Shown piece after piece: positions 62,320-64,000 of a stretch of DNA of 64,000 bases (position 1 is its first letter; each line of letters begins with the position of its first letter). The stretch covers positions 5,164,399 to 5,228,398 of the forward strand of contig MU053934.1 of the NCBI GenBank assembly GCA_013239625.1. Direction: 5' to 3'. The position numbers and the translations under genes were made by a program. The stretch comes from Lama guanicoe (taxonomy: Eukaryota). The notes under the pieces were generated by a model. That model was not told the origin of the DNA, searched no databases, and worked only from the letters and a program-made list of their open reading frames with translations.

Positions 62320-63385
62320 GAGTGAACCCTGTGATGTTGGATTGGAATCAGAAGTATTGATGTGAACTCATGAATTTAATAAGTATTGATAAATATAGAA
62401 ATAACTTATGTAAAATGCATGTATGCATGTGTATTTTTATCCATACATATGTACACACATTTCTTAGCTCTGCCCATAGGGTGAGAGTGCCTGGGAGCAG
62501 CAGTATCTCAATAGCAATGAGTACATCACACGTCTAGATTTTGGCTTCTAAATACTACTTTCTACTAAGAGGAATCCTAGTTTATTGGACAAATGGCTGA
62601 TTCAGGATTAGAGTGGAAAAGTTTAAAATGAACCTGGAATATCTTGTGCTAGAAAGCAAAGAAGTCTTTAAGTGACCCGAGTGAGCATTATGTGCAGTGG
62701 GACAAACTGAAATTATGTCACCTGATAGGATGCAATATTGCTTTGGTGATACTCGTGCCAAGGTGCATGACCTGAATCTAATCACAAGGAAGCATTAGAC
62801 AGTTCCAGTTTGAGGGACATTCTACAAATTAAATAGCCTGTGATCATCTTTAAAAGTTCGAGGTCATGAAAGTCACAGCAAGGCTGAGGAACTATTTCAA
62901 ACTGAAGGAGGCTAAAGAGTCATGTCAACTAAATGCCACATAGGATGTTGACCTGGATCCCCCCCCCCCGCGCTTTTTTTCCTTTGGTGAGGGTAGGTAA
63001 TTAGTTTTATTTATTTATTTTTGGAGGAGGTACTGAGAATTAAACCCAGGACCTTGTGTATGCTAAGCATGTGCTCTACAGACCTTACCCTCTTGGATCC
63101 TTTTGTTTTAAAAGACCATTGCGACGAGAGCAAAACTTGGATTGGGCCTGAGGATCAAATGGTAGTAACGTATCAGTGTTAATTTCCTGATTTTAGTAGT
63201 TGTACATTAGTTACATAGGAGATTTTATTTCTTAAGAAAAACATACATTAATTAAAATACTTGGAATGATGAAGCATGAGATTGACAACTTTCTTTCAGT
63301 GGTTCTGGGAGAAGGAGTTCTTTGTACCATACCTGCGACTTTTCTGTAAGTTTGAAAAATTCTAAAAGAACTTAAAAAAATATTC
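62320..63385 (+). mobile_element. L1MC/MD-like 3'UTR
   Basis: TGGACAAATGGCTGATTC, CCTGAATCTAATCA, TATCAGTGTTAATTTCCTGATTTT, TTTTCTGTAAGTTTGAAA. Confidence 0.8.
62961..63093 (-). mobile_element. tRNA-derived SINE (Vic-1-like), diverged, nested in old L1 3'UTR
   Basis: Same SINE body; flanking direct repeat TGGATCC at 62954-62960 and 63094-63100. Confidence 0.88.
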
Positions 63386-64000
63386 TTGCCTAAAATTTAA
63401 ATCATGAGAGACATATAATTGTCTTCCTTTTCTCATTTTAAACAGCCCCCCCCCACCGCAGTCTAACTCCCTAGAAATACCACACTGTTAACTAATACAT
63501 ATTGTTCTAGGCATTTTATTTATGTATGTGTGAATGTATATACAATATACAGTAGATTATATTGAGTATTTATGATATACTGGGCATACTGCATTCCTAG
63601 AAATTATAATGGTCAGCAATCAAAAGGCACAGTCCTTGCCCCTCTGTAGTAGCTACCTGGTGTCGTATATGAGGTTTTGAAAACTTTGCCTGATGGATTT
63701 CAAAAGTCAGAGAATTCTTATTTGTTCTAAAGTAATTTAATTTGATGTTTATATTCTTGTATACTCTGCTCTAAGCGCTGTTTTAAAAAACAGAATAGCC
63801 TTTTAAAACCTCTAAATGACTCCCCACGCCCTTTTTTTTGGCCTTTGGCAGACCTATTTTGCAAATGACCGACTTTCTGTTACGAGTTTTAACAAGAATG
63901 TTTTCACTTGTTACCTTTCACATTTGAAAGAATGAAATAACTTATTTATAACTGCAAATAGATTATGATTTTCCTGTACTCAGTTAAAGAATGTAAAGAA

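Noticed and set aside
35..62785. ORF-track entries of 60-157 aa as independent genes
   Set aside because: None has splice or family support; the recognisable ones (14455, 18788, 19030, 19285, 38860) are L1 ORF2 fragments, and the real TNRC6B exons are too short to appear in the track.
1..64000. CRISPR arrays, operons, rRNA or other prokaryote-type systems
   Set aside because: The sequence is mammalian intron with no regularly spaced repeat-spacer array or gene-dense coding.

Overview
Mammalian genomic DNA, most likely camelid (five copies of a tRNA-derived SINE resembling camelid Vic-1). The window lies in the 5' part of TNRC6B (GW182-family miRNA-silencing scaffold) on the + strand; I recognised it from remembered human isoform N-termini, not from a search. 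Four exons are supported. Three belong to the distal-promoter isoform: a non-coding exon (694-767), exon 5597-5687 (MQTNEGEVSEESSSK) and exon 29594-29661 (VEQEDFVMEGHGKTPPPGEESKQ). The fourth is the alternative first exon of the canonical isoform (~45465-45678), which codes only ATG AG. Both routes end in phase 2 and should join a common exon beyond the window. The rest is intron, rich in L1, L2, MIR, MaLR, Tigger and hAT relics; the ORF-track entries are L1 ORF2 fragments or noise. The most interesting signal is the translation-start layout: both 5' routes have a weak-context main ATG and an out-of-frame short ORF whose stop overlaps a main-frame ATG (TAATG and ATGA), plus an ATG-TAG start-stop and a strong-Kozak uORF. 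Also notable are an unidentified TSD-flanked, structured retrocopy inside a Tigger1 element, a twin-primed L1 inversion and candidate poison exons. I see no evidence of a wholly new gene system. Boundaries and subfamily names of old repeats are approximate.
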